Shown in pieces: positions 23,571 through 35,110 of a DNA stretch of 64,000 bases (position 1 is its first letter; each line of letters opens with the position of its first letter). Source of the stretch: Anthoceros angustus. Taxonomy: Eukaryota > Plantae > Anthocerotophyta. Below the pieces are notes generated by a model. It worked only from the letters and a program-made list of their open reading frames with translations, was not told the DNA's origin and made no database searches. The translations under genes and the position numbers were made by a program. The DNA is taken from the NCBI GenBank assembly GCA_010909165.1, contig VJWM01000108.1, positions 310,001 through 374,000 of the forward strand, written 5' to 3'.

Positions 23571-23890
23571 ACAAGGCAGAGCGGGGATCACAAAGCTTCG
23601 CCTCTCACAAAGCAAGTTCTTGCGTATTTCGTACGCAGGATATTTCTGATGCAGACATACGTAAGTTGCTGTCCCCTACACCCGCGGGACGTAGTCCTGT
23701 ATCATGGATACTTGGTAGAAAATCATCTCCACATTCTGGGCTCCTGTGGAGTGGCAGGTTGTGGTATGCTTGCAGGAAGTGTCCCCTCTGCAGGCAATCT
23801 TGAACATCTCCGTATTATGGCAGGCCACCTCGACCCAAAAATTGCTCTCGATGATCAAAATGTTTTATAAATCACAGACAAAATTGACAT

Positions 23891-24546
23891 CTAATCCACT
23901 TCCTGAAGCGGGGCCGCAACATCCTCGGCAGTGAATTTTCCCTTGCCCTTCTCTGCGGCTCGGCCCTTGCCCTTCCTGTCCAACAAGGACTTCCTATCCT
24001 TGTCGAGCTTCAACTTGGTGATGACCACCTTGGACGGGTGAATTCCAACGTTCACCGTTGCGCCTGCTCTCCCGCAAATTACATGCCATGATCAGTTCCG
24101 CACTCACCCGAGCACTGCTCTGCACACCTGAATCTCAAGAGGAGCACAGCAAACAGCTCAGCCACGAAAACCTAAAGCCATTACCGTTCACTTTCTCGCG
24201 CGTGATGCGCTCGATGTGCACAACCCACTTCCTTCTGTACACCTGGACAACCTTGCCCTCTTGCCCCTTGTGGGGTCCGCGCACAACCATCACCTCGTCA
24301 TCCTTCCTTACCGGAACGGACCGCACCTGCACAAAGCACGAATGATTCAATCACACAACAAACGGAAACGCGGGAATACAAAAGAACCCTAGCGAGGCAC
24401 ACAACAGGGACTCCTCTTACGTTGTACTTGTTCTTCAAGTCCGAAGACAGTCCGGCGCTCATCAAAATGCGCCTCACGCTCGACGGAGCCTTGAAGTGGT
24501 CCCGCCGAGACTTGCGCCTCGAGCTGCTCACTCTGCTGAATTTCAT
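23891..24546 (-). CDS. RPL26: 60S ribosomal protein L26 (uL24); exons 24546-24421, 24326-24185, 24063-23891
   Basis: [42 protein letters not shown]|[31 protein letters not shown]|[24 protein letters not shown]...EVD*; both introns GT-AG and in frame. Confidence 0.97.
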
Positions 24547-24894
24547 GTTTGCGCTGGATTAGCGACGGGCGCAGACGCTACGGCTGCGGAGGCGCAGAGA
24601 GAGGAGTTGGTGATGAACGTGTTCCCCCCTTTGTTCCAACAAGCCCCGTTTGATTTTAGGGTTCTGATTCTTCCTTTTAGGGTTCTCGGCGTAGGGTTTA
24701 CGCAAAACCCTAAGTAGGGGTCATGGAGCAAAATCCCAATTTGGAAGCTGCTGAGCTGAACTACGGGAGGGCACGGGTCTGTTAAGATGTGTTGAGGGAA
24801 CAAGGATTCCCAGTCGAATATGTGAGAAACGTCATACTGCGGACAGACGGGAACTGGACATGCAATTCCATCCTTTTTCCTTCCCAAGTACGCA

Positions 24895-25529
24895 TTTGAT
24901 TCGCACCCAAGTTTGACAGTGAGGTCACGAACTCGTCGCCCCACAACAAGATCCTTCTTAGCTGCACGCAATTTGAGCACGGTGTAAAACAGAGACTGAG
25001 GAATAGCAGAATCTGTGTGCGCCAGGGTTTCCAGGGCTGCAACGGCCTCAGAAAGCTTCCCCTGCTGACAAAATATGCTCACGGTTCCAGCCGTTACGAC
25101 GCCCATTTCCGATCCCGGATGCCTGCCAGGTTCAGGCTTATCCGGAGAGCTCGACTTGGAAGGAGAGCCAACATGACCCATCCGCTTATCCAAGGAAACG
25201 AGCTGCTCATCAACCCACGCTGGCTCAAACGTGTTGCTTAACCGCAGGACCTCGCCGGACTGGAAGTCAGGCGAACGGGCAAATTTCTTGTCTCGTCTGT
25301 CGTCCCACCACATGGCAGGGTGCAGAAAAAACTGTTGCCACAAGTGCCCCTGCTCCTGGCGACGACCAGCGCTGGAATCTCCATTCCCACCCACACATTT
25401 TCTCACAGCTGGATCCGCTGGGCTCCTTTCACTGCTGCACATCCATGGAGGCTTGGTTGTTTGCCAGGGGTTCACTCCCTTGGGTGAGGTGAGCGGGAGC
25501 TCCTGGTACAATCTCTGTACACACACCAA
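24895..25529 (-). pseudogene. Truncated PPR gene head carrying an OSB-type PDF motif
   Basis: HLWQQFFLHPAMWWDDRRDKKFARSPDFQSGEVLRLSNTFEPAWVDEQL is followed by IFCQQGKLSEAVAALE..LFYTVLKL..KKDLVVGRRVRDLTVKLGCESNAYLG (first PPR motifs). Homology then stops abruptly near 24895. Confidence 0.7.
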
Positions 25530-25735
25530 TTTGTTGGGGGTCCAGAATTGGTCCGGATTGCCATACTGCGGCCATCGTTCAGGGCCCGTTGTTGGAGCAT
25601 GAGGCTAAAGCAACAGAGCATGGCAGAATGCCCAGGTATAATGTGGACACATGACCACTACACTATGAGAAAGGGTAATGTGGAGACTTCATAAGAAGGA
25701 AGACATTGAAAAACTGTCTACCTCGAGTCAATGGA

Positions 25736-25905
25736 AACAGCCCATTAAAGGGCCAAGGGCGCTAGCCCCGAATGTCGATCCCGAAAGTATCAACAGCCCA
25801 TTAAAGGGCCAAGGGCGCCAGCCCCGAATGTCGATCCCGAAAGTATCAACAGCCCACTAAAGGGCCAATGGCGCTAGCCCCGAATGTCGAGCTCGAAAGT
25901 ATTAA
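25736..25905. repeat. 56-bp tandem repeat x3
   Basis: AACAGCCCATTAAAGGGCCAAGGGCGCTAGCCCCGAATGTCGATCCCGAAAGTATC units at 25736, 25792 and 25848. Confidence 0.92.
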
Positions 25906-26857
25906 CCCCCAAGTATGTCATAGTCACATATTATAAGAAAAAGGCCTACCTACGACGTTGAAGTTGATATAGCGTCTCGTTACCGTTCTGCAAGCAATGT
26001 TGGCAGCGTTAGCCAACGCCCTCTGCAAGGTGATGAAACCTTTGTCGAAAGAAAGCCAACAATGCCCCAAGGTGATGAAAACCCTCTCGAAAGAAAATCA
26101 CCACGGGGGATTGGAGGAAAGGGGGAGACTCGCTTCGTTCCATCGATTATGGTAGGCTTAAGCACAATGCTTTATGAGCCGTTCGAAACCCTTGCCCATG
26201 GTCTCGATGGTGAGGGGATGAAGGCATGGTCGTGTATTTGTATACTTTGGATGTCGTGCATCCAATCGGAGGGTTATGATTGATGTGCTCACAAATGATG
26301 TTCCTGTTAGGGTCCGACGACATACGCAATACAGATTTGATCCCGCGGTTAGAAATAGATCTGCCCTTAGAAATAGATCTGCCCTGAATGACACGCCATT
26401 GTGCAAGGTATATGGGCGCTCCGGAGCCTATGCGGAAGAAATTCGCTCAGTTTGGCCAAACATGATGTCGCGAACGACATCATCCGTAACTGGATAGTGA
26501 GCCAAGTGGGACTCAGTGTCATCAAGGGTCCACAGCTACAAGATGATAGACAACAAGCCAAAGGCTAGACCAAGCTCAAGTGGAACCTCATCGCGGTAGA
26601 AAAAGATGTCAGTACGATATGGAAAGCCTGGATGCACGGTCGAGCCAGAAGCCAAGAGCTCGCTTCCTTCCCCGGGCAGGAGCGGCAGAGGTGAGCCCAA
26701 GCAGGCGGGGAATAATAGTAGGCCGGGGAATAATAGAATTCAGAAGAAGGCCCTCTGCGTCTACCAAACTGCTTCTCCTCGACACAGCGAGCGTGAAAAA
26801 AAGTGGCATGGCCGGGCTCCGAGGATAAGGAATCCCCAAGCCAACCTTAGGTAACCT

Positions 26858-27045
26858 GCAAGGGAAGGCCCCTCCTCAACACTTTGCATATGCAAGGGAA
26901 GGCCCCTCCTCAACATTTTGCATATGCAAGGGAAGGCCCCTCCTCAACAATTTGCATATGCAGGGGAAGGCCCCTCCTCAACACTTTGAATGTGGAAGGC
27001 CTCTCCTCAACACTTTGCATATGCAAGGGGAAGGCCTCTCCTCAT
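26858..27045. repeat. 34-bp tandem repeat ~x6
   Basis: GCAAGGGAAGGCCCCTCCTCAACACTTTGCATAT head to tail with no spacers. Confidence 0.92.
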
Positions 27046-27247
27046 CACCTGATAAATGGAGAGTGCAGCCTGTGTTTTGTTGGGTACCCAAACCCCTTTA
27101 TGGACTGTGTTCTGTTGGGTAGATACCTACCCAGGAAACCCAAACCCGTTGTGGTTTCGTTGTACGTATGTGCATAGGGGTCTTTCAGGCTTCCCCCGTA
27201 GCTCTCTTTCAAATATCGCGAGCTGCTGGACTTGCCGACCTCTCGAC

Positions 27248-27853
27248 ATGAAAGTGAAGATCCTCAGTATCCTGCCGCTGCTTGCCGCCAGGCGCCATTG
27301 GGTTTGCGTCGTCTCCGTTTTTTTAGGTTGAAATGTGGAGCTTGTTGCATTGCCGGATTGGCTTGGTGCGGAAACTTTGGCTGGTTTGTCTCTCTTGACC
27401 AGGTGCCTCCTCCCATCGTGAAACAATGTGATCAGAGTACGTTGCAGTCTCTGTTGCTTGATGTTCATGGCAAGGTCAGCTAGGCCCAGGACCTGGAGCC
27501 TGAGTCCCTCCTGCCTGTGTGGCTCTTGTGGCAGGTGGCATGGTGTTGCGTCATGGACTTGGACACTGGATGCGAACGATGACTCCTGTGGCATCTGCCG
27601 GATGGCCTTCGATGGCTGCTGTCCCGACTGTAAAATGCCCGGGGACGACTGTCCCCTCAGTAAGTTTCCTCACTTCCAGGAAGCTCCCCCCTTCGCGGGA
27701 TCATTTCTTGTAACTGAATGCTGGTGTGCAATTGCAGTCTGGGGAGCTTGCAACCACGCCTTCCATTTGCACTGTATCCTCAAGTGGGTGAACTCCCAGA
27801 GCCCCAGGCCACATTGCCCCATGTGCAGGCGAGAGTGGAAGTTCAGGGGATAG
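27248..27853 (+). CDS. APC11: Anaphase-promoting complex subunit 11 (RING-H2)
   Basis: Exon 1 MKVKIL (27248-27266), exon 2 WHGVASWTW..CGICRMAFDGCCPDCKMPGDDCPL (27535-27659), exon 3 IWGACNHAFHLHCILKWVNSQ..HCPMCRREWKFRG* (27738-27853). The first junction is off by one base (see findings). Confidence 0.92.
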
Positions 27854-28567
27854 CCTTAAAGGGGGTGGGTGGATGGTCAAGCTACCTAAGTGTTTCATAG
27901 TGAGTTCATTCATAAGCTTTTGGTGGACCAGCCACAACACAACGATGTCGGCTTTCCATTTGATCACATGTGTTCGCAACACACTGAACGAAGAGCAGAA
28001 AGAGTCCAAATAGACAAACGAAGGGAAGGTCCGCATCGCTCCAAGATTAAAATGAGAGAAGGATGGAGTAACCCTATGGGAGAAGGGACTCCCTCGCCCA
28101 GAGGGCGCAGGTCCACCTCCCCCCGACGATGGAGGACGATGGCTGAACCATGGATGCCCATTACCTCTTCCTGACAAAGGAGATCTTTGAGCACAACTCC
28201 CACCCCCAAAGTTGACAGGACCCGAGCCCTGGACCTGGAACCAGCCCCTGCAGAAGCACTGCCAACACCAGCCGACACAGGCGGCTGCTGCAGTTGCGGC
28301 TGCTGTTGCTGCTGCACTGGGCCCCCTCGTCTTCCGTCCGCTGGTGATGTACTCTGTCTGAGTCCGAGATGTTTGCTTGTAGATGGCTGAACGCCACTCG
28401 GCAATCGATCTTCTCTTTTACTATTTTCTGCTATGTCCCTGGCCGAAGCTTTTTGAGGGCTTGGAGTAAAGTACTCTACACAAGGCTCGTGCAACAGAGC
28501 TGTATGAAACGCTTGTTGATCGGTTATGTAAGGAAAGGAGGGTGTCCATCTCGTGGCCGGCCAATGC

Positions 28568-31176
28568 ATGTCGATGCCTCCACCTAGGACATGTGCTGTC
28601 CATGCACAACACATCCCTCCCCATCCTGTGTCGTTCTCCCCCGGGCGCCTCCAGTTCCTACAACAGGATCATCACACCAAGGTATTGGATTCCAAGTATT
28701 CGGCTTCTCCCTCTCCGTTGCAGTTCCAGAAGCAGCTAGCCAGACCGGTTGGGTTGAAGAGCCGCAGTGGCAGTATCAGGTCTGACTGACAAACTCCGTT
28801 GTGGTTTGGTTTGGTTTGGTTTATTCGGTTGAAATGTGCATTGCTAGCGCACAGCCATGTTGTTGGATCAGCTGCAGCTTTGTGGTTGTTGAGAAATGTG
28901 TTGGCAGGATACCCAGCATCTCTGAAGGGGCGTATGAAATGAAAAGCCTCTGTAATGAGGGCCGTCTGGATAAGGCCATGGATTTTTTGCAAGGCATGGA
29001 TCGGGAGGGCAGTGTGCCTTCCAAGCGCATATACTGGTACCTTCTGCAGGCGTGTGTACGACAGCGGGCCTTGGCCGAGGCTAATCAAGTTCATGCTCAT
29101 ATGGTCAGAAATGGCATGGATTCGGATCCGTTTCTTGGCGAGACGCTTGTCAACACGTTGATCAAGTGTGGGGGGCTTGCGGATGCCGTTCAGGTTTTCC
29201 AGAGGCTTCCGCAACGGACTGCATTCTCTTGGACTGCTCTGATGTCAGGGTACTGTAAGGCTGGAAGAGGGGAGCAGGCACTGCAGCTGTACGAACAGAT
29301 GCAGGAGGGAGGTGTGCAGCCGGACCGATACACCTTTGTCAGTTTACTGAAAGCTTGTGGCAGCGTAGCAGACCTGGAGAAGGGCAGGCGGATTCATGCA
29401 CAAGTTGTGCTTCAGGGATGTGGTTCTGAGCTTTTTGTGGGCACTGCGCTGGTGGATATGTATGCCAGATGTGGGAGCATGGCAGACGCACAGCAAGTGT
29501 TTGACGATCTGCCCGAGCACGACGTGGTGTCATGGACCGCCATGATTGCAGGATATGCCCAGCAGGATCAAGGAGAGGAGGCCCTGCGGATCTATGCCCA
29601 GATGCAGCAGCAGCAGTGTGTCTCTCCTAATGCGCACACGTATTCCAGCCTGCTGCAGGCCTGTTCCAGCCTCGCAGACAAGGAGGTCAGTGTCTTGGTA
29701 GATGGCCAAGCCGTCAAATTAGAGTCTCTGGAAAGGGGAAAAACAGTGCATGCTGCGGTGGTCAGTGGAGGCTATGAATCTGACCTATTTGTGGGCAGCG
29801 GACTAGTGACAATGTACGCCAAGTGTGGGAGCATTCAGACTGCGCAAGCTATTTTTGACCGGCTGTCGACGAGAGATCTAGTTTCGTGGAATGCAATGCT
29901 TGCAGGATATGCTCAGCAGGAGCAAGGAGACAAGGCGGTGCAACTCTATACCCAGATGCAGCCTCTAGGTGTCTGTCCAAACGATCGGACATTTGTCAGT
30001 GTGCTTCAGGCCTGTGGCAGCCTTGCAGACAAGGAGGACCGTGTCCTTGTGAATGGGCAAGTCCTGAAAGCAAAGTCTTTCAGGATGGGGCAGGCAATAC
30101 ATGCTGATGCTGCCCGAATGGGTTACGAGTCCAACCCGTTTGTGGCCAGCACTCTGGTGGGTATGTATGCTAAGTGTGGGAGCATTTTGGACTCGGAGCG
30201 TGCGTTTTGCAAAGCGTCCAGGCATGATGTGGTCGTATGGAACTCGATGCTAACAGCTTATGCTCTCGAGGAACGGGGAGAGATTGCTCTACAGCTTTAT
30301 GCCCAGATGCAGGTGGAAGGGGTGAGACCTAACAAGACTACGTACTTGTCTGTTCTCAAAGCGTGCAGTTACACCGGTGCCCTCAACATCTGCTCTCAAA
30401 TCCACAGGAGTATCATCGACTCTGGATACGAGCAGAGTCTTCCAGTGGCAACGAGTCTTATTCATGCCTACAGCAAGTGTGGCAGCATGATGAATGCCCG
30501 GGAGGTGTTCCGTACAGTCCTCCAGCCGGACATGGTGGCATGGAATGCACTGCTTGCTGGCTATGCTCAACAGGGGGAATACGAAGAAAGTGTGCGCTGC
30601 TTTGAAGAACTGTGCAACGCCGGCATGCAGCCAGATGGAGTTGCGTTCCTTCTACTCCTCTCTGTCTGCAATCATGCTGGCATGGTTTACAGTGGTTTAC
30701 AGTATTTTGAATCCATGACCAAAGATTATGGCATCCCCGCTGGAATTGACCACTATTCAAGTGTGGTCGACCTGGTCGGCCGTGCTGGGCTCCTGAGCAA
30801 GGCAGAGGCTTTGCTTCTTAGGATGCCAATGCAGCCCGACTATTCAATGTGGATGTCCTTGCTTGGAGCCTGTCGGAAGTATGGCGACGTACATGTTGGA
30901 CAGCGTGCTTTTGACTGTGCTGTGCGCCTGCAGCCAAAGGAGGCTGCACCATACGTGCTCATGTCAAGCATCTATGCTCAGGAGGGCTTGTGGGAGCTTG
31001 CAGGGGAAATGGAACAGTTGCGACAAAGAGCAGGTGCTTCTAAGCATCCTGGCCACAGCTGGATCGAACATGAGAATGAGGTGCACACCTTCGTGGTGGG
31101 AGACCGCAGGCACAAGCAAAGTGACCAAGTCTATGGAATGCTGCAAGAACTGAATGCAAAACTGGAGAGCACATAG
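28568..31176 (+). CDS. PLS-class PPR protein, E-class (no DYW); model join(28568..28779,28908..31176)
   Basis: 791-aa ORF of PLS triplets plus E1/E2 ending KHPGHSWIEHENEVHTFVVGDRRHKQSDQVYGMLQELNAKLEST*. The transit-peptide-like exon MSMPPPRTCA...KSRSGSIR joins via AG|GTCTGA ... TTGGCAG|G in frame. Confidence 0.93.
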
Positions 31177-31639
31177 CATAAACTTGTGGATGCATCTGCA
31201 ACGTCATCTGCTGGGCACATAGATGAGGGGCATGTCCCAGGATGCGCAGCTGGTGGAGTGAAGTGAATGGATTCCGCCCTCAAATATTCTGCAGTAAGTT
31301 CGTCCTGCTGAGCATCTTCAACTTTCCCCACGTTCTCAATTTAGTCGATTGTTTCTACCTGTTCGGATCTGCATTGTCCACAGAACAGACTTCCCTTTCC
31401 TTCCCGTTTCTGGGCTACTGCAGTTCTCTCCATTTTGTGACCTCCTTGCTGTGTGGTTACAGCACGCGGGCAAGGATCTGTAGTCTGCCTCGGTAGGGGA
31501 CCCCGCCAAACAGGGGATCACGAGACGGTCATGGGGTCATTCAATCACATATCTCTCCCTAACCTGGGGAGAAAGGATGTGCTTCTGCTCAAGGTAAGAA
31601 AATACTAGAAACGAGCAAGGATGAACGATTCTTGTATGC

Positions 31640-31885
31640 TCAGACTGACTGTCTGGACAAGCCTTGAGTCAATTTGGTGAGAGGTGCTGTAGAAAAGGGT
31701 ATGTGTATGTATAGGTTGCGTCAGTCAAGTGATCAGCTGATACCTTTCCAGTGTCTCTTCCTGCTCTTGGCCTTCTTCCCATTCTCAATGATCTCTTTCA
31801 GGTACTGGGGGACCTTCTTCAAGCTTGCCTTCCTGTACTGTTCAAAATTGAAAGCAACATGGACAGGATATTTCCCACTGGAGTG
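31640..31885 (-). pseudogene. Duplicated 3' end (XH C-terminus plus 3' flank) of the XS-XH gene at 37.3-40 kb
   Basis: SSGKYPVHVAFNFEQYRKASLKKVPQYLKEIIENGKKAKSKKRHWKGIS* versus SSGRYPVPVAFNFEQYRKASLKEVLQYLEEVIENGKIAKRRKRHRQDIS*. Shared 3' flank CAGACTGACTGTCTGG...CAAGC(C/T)TTGAGTCA. Confidence 0.85.
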
Positions 31886-32129
31886 AAATCCTTTCGGCTC
31901 AGGGAGGGCATTTGTTACGGTTTTGTTACCCTAATTTATATTTTTATTTTTTATTTTTTATTTTTTTTATATTTCTCGTATTTTATTGCAAATCTTCTAC
32001 CTTAAAGTCATATGATTTACTGAAAATTTTATAGATTTTGATACGAACATGTCGTTTTGGAAAAATAAAATACATGCCAACGTGTGTTCCCCCCAATTGC
32101 CCCAAAATTTCGAAAGCAGTCCTCCATTA

Positions 32130-34328
32130 CTATTCTGAAGGTGGTAAATCAAGTGTAAATATCTCAGGGCAATGTACGTTCGTGACTTTCCTGTGCTTAG
32201 ACTTGGGATTTTTTCCGTTTTGTTGTCGTTTTCGTTGTATTACAGGTAAGCTTACGCTATTCTTCCGTTCAGCATAGTTTGTGACAGGACGCATTCCAGC
32301 CTCCTCCAACGCTTGTTCCACCTGCAAAAAATTTGTTGGCAGCTCGCTGCCTAAGACAAGTTGCTGGACATCCTCTTCCACCTTCATCTTCACATCAAGG
32401 TCGTTGGGAAATATCACTTTTCCTTTGGAGGTTTCATTTGTAAGTACCCATATATCTCCAGCAACCTCCAATTCCTACATCAACACAAGGTTGTTCATTA
32501 GATAACACTTCGTCATGGACCACAGATTTAATAAGATTTGACCATTGGTTCCATACTTTAATATCTTGCATCACTTCCAAATAACTGTCCTCCAAGTCCT
32601 TGAGTGGAAAGCCATCCGGATTTGCTCGTAAGAATCTCAACAACCCCGACCTGTTCTCTAGGTTATGTTCAGGCTGCATGGCAAACCGCTCATATGTGTG
32701 TTACTTCACCGCTGCCAATAAAAAAACCAAACTGAGATATCACATGTGCTCACCCTACCTTGTAACAAAAGTATTGCCCGTCAAAGGCAATCTTGAGGTT
32801 GTTCATCAAGCTTTCGAACACCTCCTTGTTGGCCTTGACATCCACATGGCATAGCTCGGTGATCTCCTGAGGAAGTAGATTTCGACGATTCTACACATCA
32901 GCAAAAGCAAAGTGAATAACATTCTTGCTCGTCAATGATCGTAAACCTTTCCTCTTCCTTAAATTAAAACATAACCGCTGCCTATATCCGGCCAGTTTAC
33001 TAACTTCATGCCTTATGTCACATCAACAAGTGTTGACATGGCACGACCTCTGAGCCTTTTAGGTCCATTTTACGTCTCATTGGCATATATTGTAAATTAT
33101 CTTATAAATGAAACTCGCAAAACTCGTTGTAAAAGAGGGTCTTATTGTTGTCATTTGTAAGCAATGACAATCATACCTCCTTGAGAACCTCTAGCACTCG
33201 CTTGATTTGTGCTCCCACAGGCGACTTCTGCACACGAGCAATCTCTTGTAGCTTTTGTACCTTATCTTGGTCTTTAATTATGGAGAAATGATTGGTAGAC
33301 ACTCGGCATGGCTTCGAAGTGTGATCCACATCTGGTCCACACTTCACTTGTGGAGTTGTTTGTGGCACCATAGATTGTGTTACTAGAGGCAGCGGCGACG
33401 ACTGCCTCCTCCAAGTGGACGTTTTTGCTTGTGGTTTTGTCTGTGGCTTCCTTGAAGTAGTAGGCTTCACCTGTGGATTTGCTTCCTGATTATCAACACG
33501 AGTTGTTTTTGAATGCGTGTACGTGGTCAATAGTACTAGCTTTGCCTGCTTGCAAGGAAAGACCCCCGTAATGCCCCATGTTCCCACTCTACCTTGTAAC
33601 AAAAGTGTTTTCCGTCAAAGGTAACCTCAGGGTTGTTCAGCAAGCTCTCGAACACCTCCTTGTTAGTCCTGACATTCACGTAGGACTCGTTGAGAATCTC
33701 CTCTGGAAGCAGATTTTCGCGAGTCTGCGCAATATTAGCTACATGACATCAGCAAAACTCATGCTCCTTAACCTTACACCCTTGCCTCTTCTTCTAAAAG
33801 GAGTGACGTGGCACCACGACACATTTTTAGTGAAGTGCATGCATCACGTCAGCTAGTCCTTAAGGTCTCGGTTTACAATGGACTATTTAGGTCTATTATA
33901 CAACGCATTTTACAAATGTATAGTAAAATTTAAATATCCATTATTCAATATGTAGTAACTACGACTTGTGAAATGCTCTATAAGATGCCTTGTATGTAAA
34001 AGGAACTCTTATTCTTGTAGTGTGCTAGTATTAAACTTACCCTTTTGAGAAGCCCAAGGACTCGTTTGACTTGTATTTCTACGGTCGACTTCTGGACGAG
34101 AGCGATTTCTTGAAGTTTCTTGTGGTCATTTTTGAAGGAGAGATCCGCAAATGGATCCACATATCGTTTTGCTTGAGATGGCGGTAACGATGGATTTATT
34201 GAGCTAGTAGACTCTGCCTGAGGATTTGTTTGTTGATTATTACAACAAGTTTTCTGCACATTCGTGTTCTGCAACATTATCGCTTCCTGCTGTTTGCGGT
34301 ATTTTGCCAAATTCTCCTGCAAACCCAT
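32130..34328 (-). CDS. GTF2E2: TFIIE beta-subunit paralogue with internal duplication of exons 1-2 (possibly partly pseudogenised)
   Basis: Exon 1 34328-34041 (MGLQENLAKYRKQQ...QKSTVEIQVKRVLGLLKR), frameshifted exon 2 ~33723-33592, degenerate exon 1' ~33579-33173, exon 2' 32890-32759 (NRRNLLPQEITELCHVDVKANKEVFESL), exon 3 32673-32557, exon 4 32474-32130. Confidence 0.75.
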
Positions 34329-34567
34329 GGTTGCACCCTTTGCTCTTGGGAAGAAGCTAACTTGTCAAATTTTCGGCCTCCCAAAGCCTTAAACTTGCAG
34401 AGCTTTCCCTCCCCTCTTCCGGTGTAGTAAAAATTAATTAAGGCTAATAGTGGATAACAGTTTGAGAGTTATGAGAGTTTCATGCTGGTCTTATGACCAT
34501 ATTTATAGGTAGAGCTTTGCCCAAATTGAAAGTTACCTATTTAAGAAAACTATGCATTTTTTATGTC

Positions 34568-34863
34568 AGGTGTTCCCTAATTGGAAAGCTACCAACTCAA
34601 GATTTTTATAGACTCATTTAATTGATGTGCTTTCCTTATTAAGTATTGTTTACAATAAGGCATGTACGCAAGGTGTTCCCCAATTGGAAAGCTACCAACT
34701 CAAGATTTTTATACATTCATTTAATTGATGTGCTTTCCTTATTAAGTATTGTTTACAATAAGGCATGTACGCAAGGTGTTCCCCAATTGGAAAGCTACCA
34801 ACTCAAGATTTTTATACATTCATTTAATTGATGTGCTTTCCTTATTAAGTATTGTTTACAATA
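34568..34863. repeat. 103-bp tandem repeat ~x3
   Basis: AGGTGTTCCCCAATTGGAAAGCTACCAACTCAAG... units at 34568, 34671 and 34774. Confidence 0.92.
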
Positions 34864-34879
34864 CTTAATGTTTCCAATG

Positions 34880-35110
34880 TTTCCAATGCCTATGTATACC
34901 AATGTTCCATGCTTGCATCGCCTCAACAGTCCTCTCAACAATTGAAGTGTGGGGGCTTGGGTGCATGGCCAACCATTGGAGGGCTCCGGAGAAAGTGCAA
35001 AAGGATTTCCTCATGTGGCATCTAGGTGTTTGCGAGCGAAGTTGTAGGGAAAACATTACAGTTTATAGACAGAGTGAGAAAGATGGATGACACCAGAATG
35101 CTTTTACTTT
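34880..35110 (+). mobile_element. LINE (non-LTR) relic, region C-terminal to reverse transcriptase
   Basis: STVLSTIEVWG..HWRAPEKVQKDFLMWHLGV and FIDRVRKMDDTRM resemble the post-RT 'YgxEVWG...EkvQxxFLxxxLGv...Rl' segment of APE-type LINEs. Confidence 0.5.

Noticed and set aside
24543-25529. 328-aa ORF as a single functional protein running into RPL26
   Set aside because: After the PPR homology ends (~24895) it reads through the RPL26 promoter and 5' UTR with no protein-like signal; treated as a truncated fragment.
26858-27045. 34-bp repeats as a CRISPR array
   Set aside because: Units are head to tail with no unique spacers, there are no cas genes, and the context is eukaryotic.
27964-28614. 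216-aa minus-strand ORF with a poly-Q tract between APC11 and the PPR gene
   Set aside because: No identifiable domain; it overlaps the PPR 5' region and a CAG/CTG microsatellite. Left unannotated.
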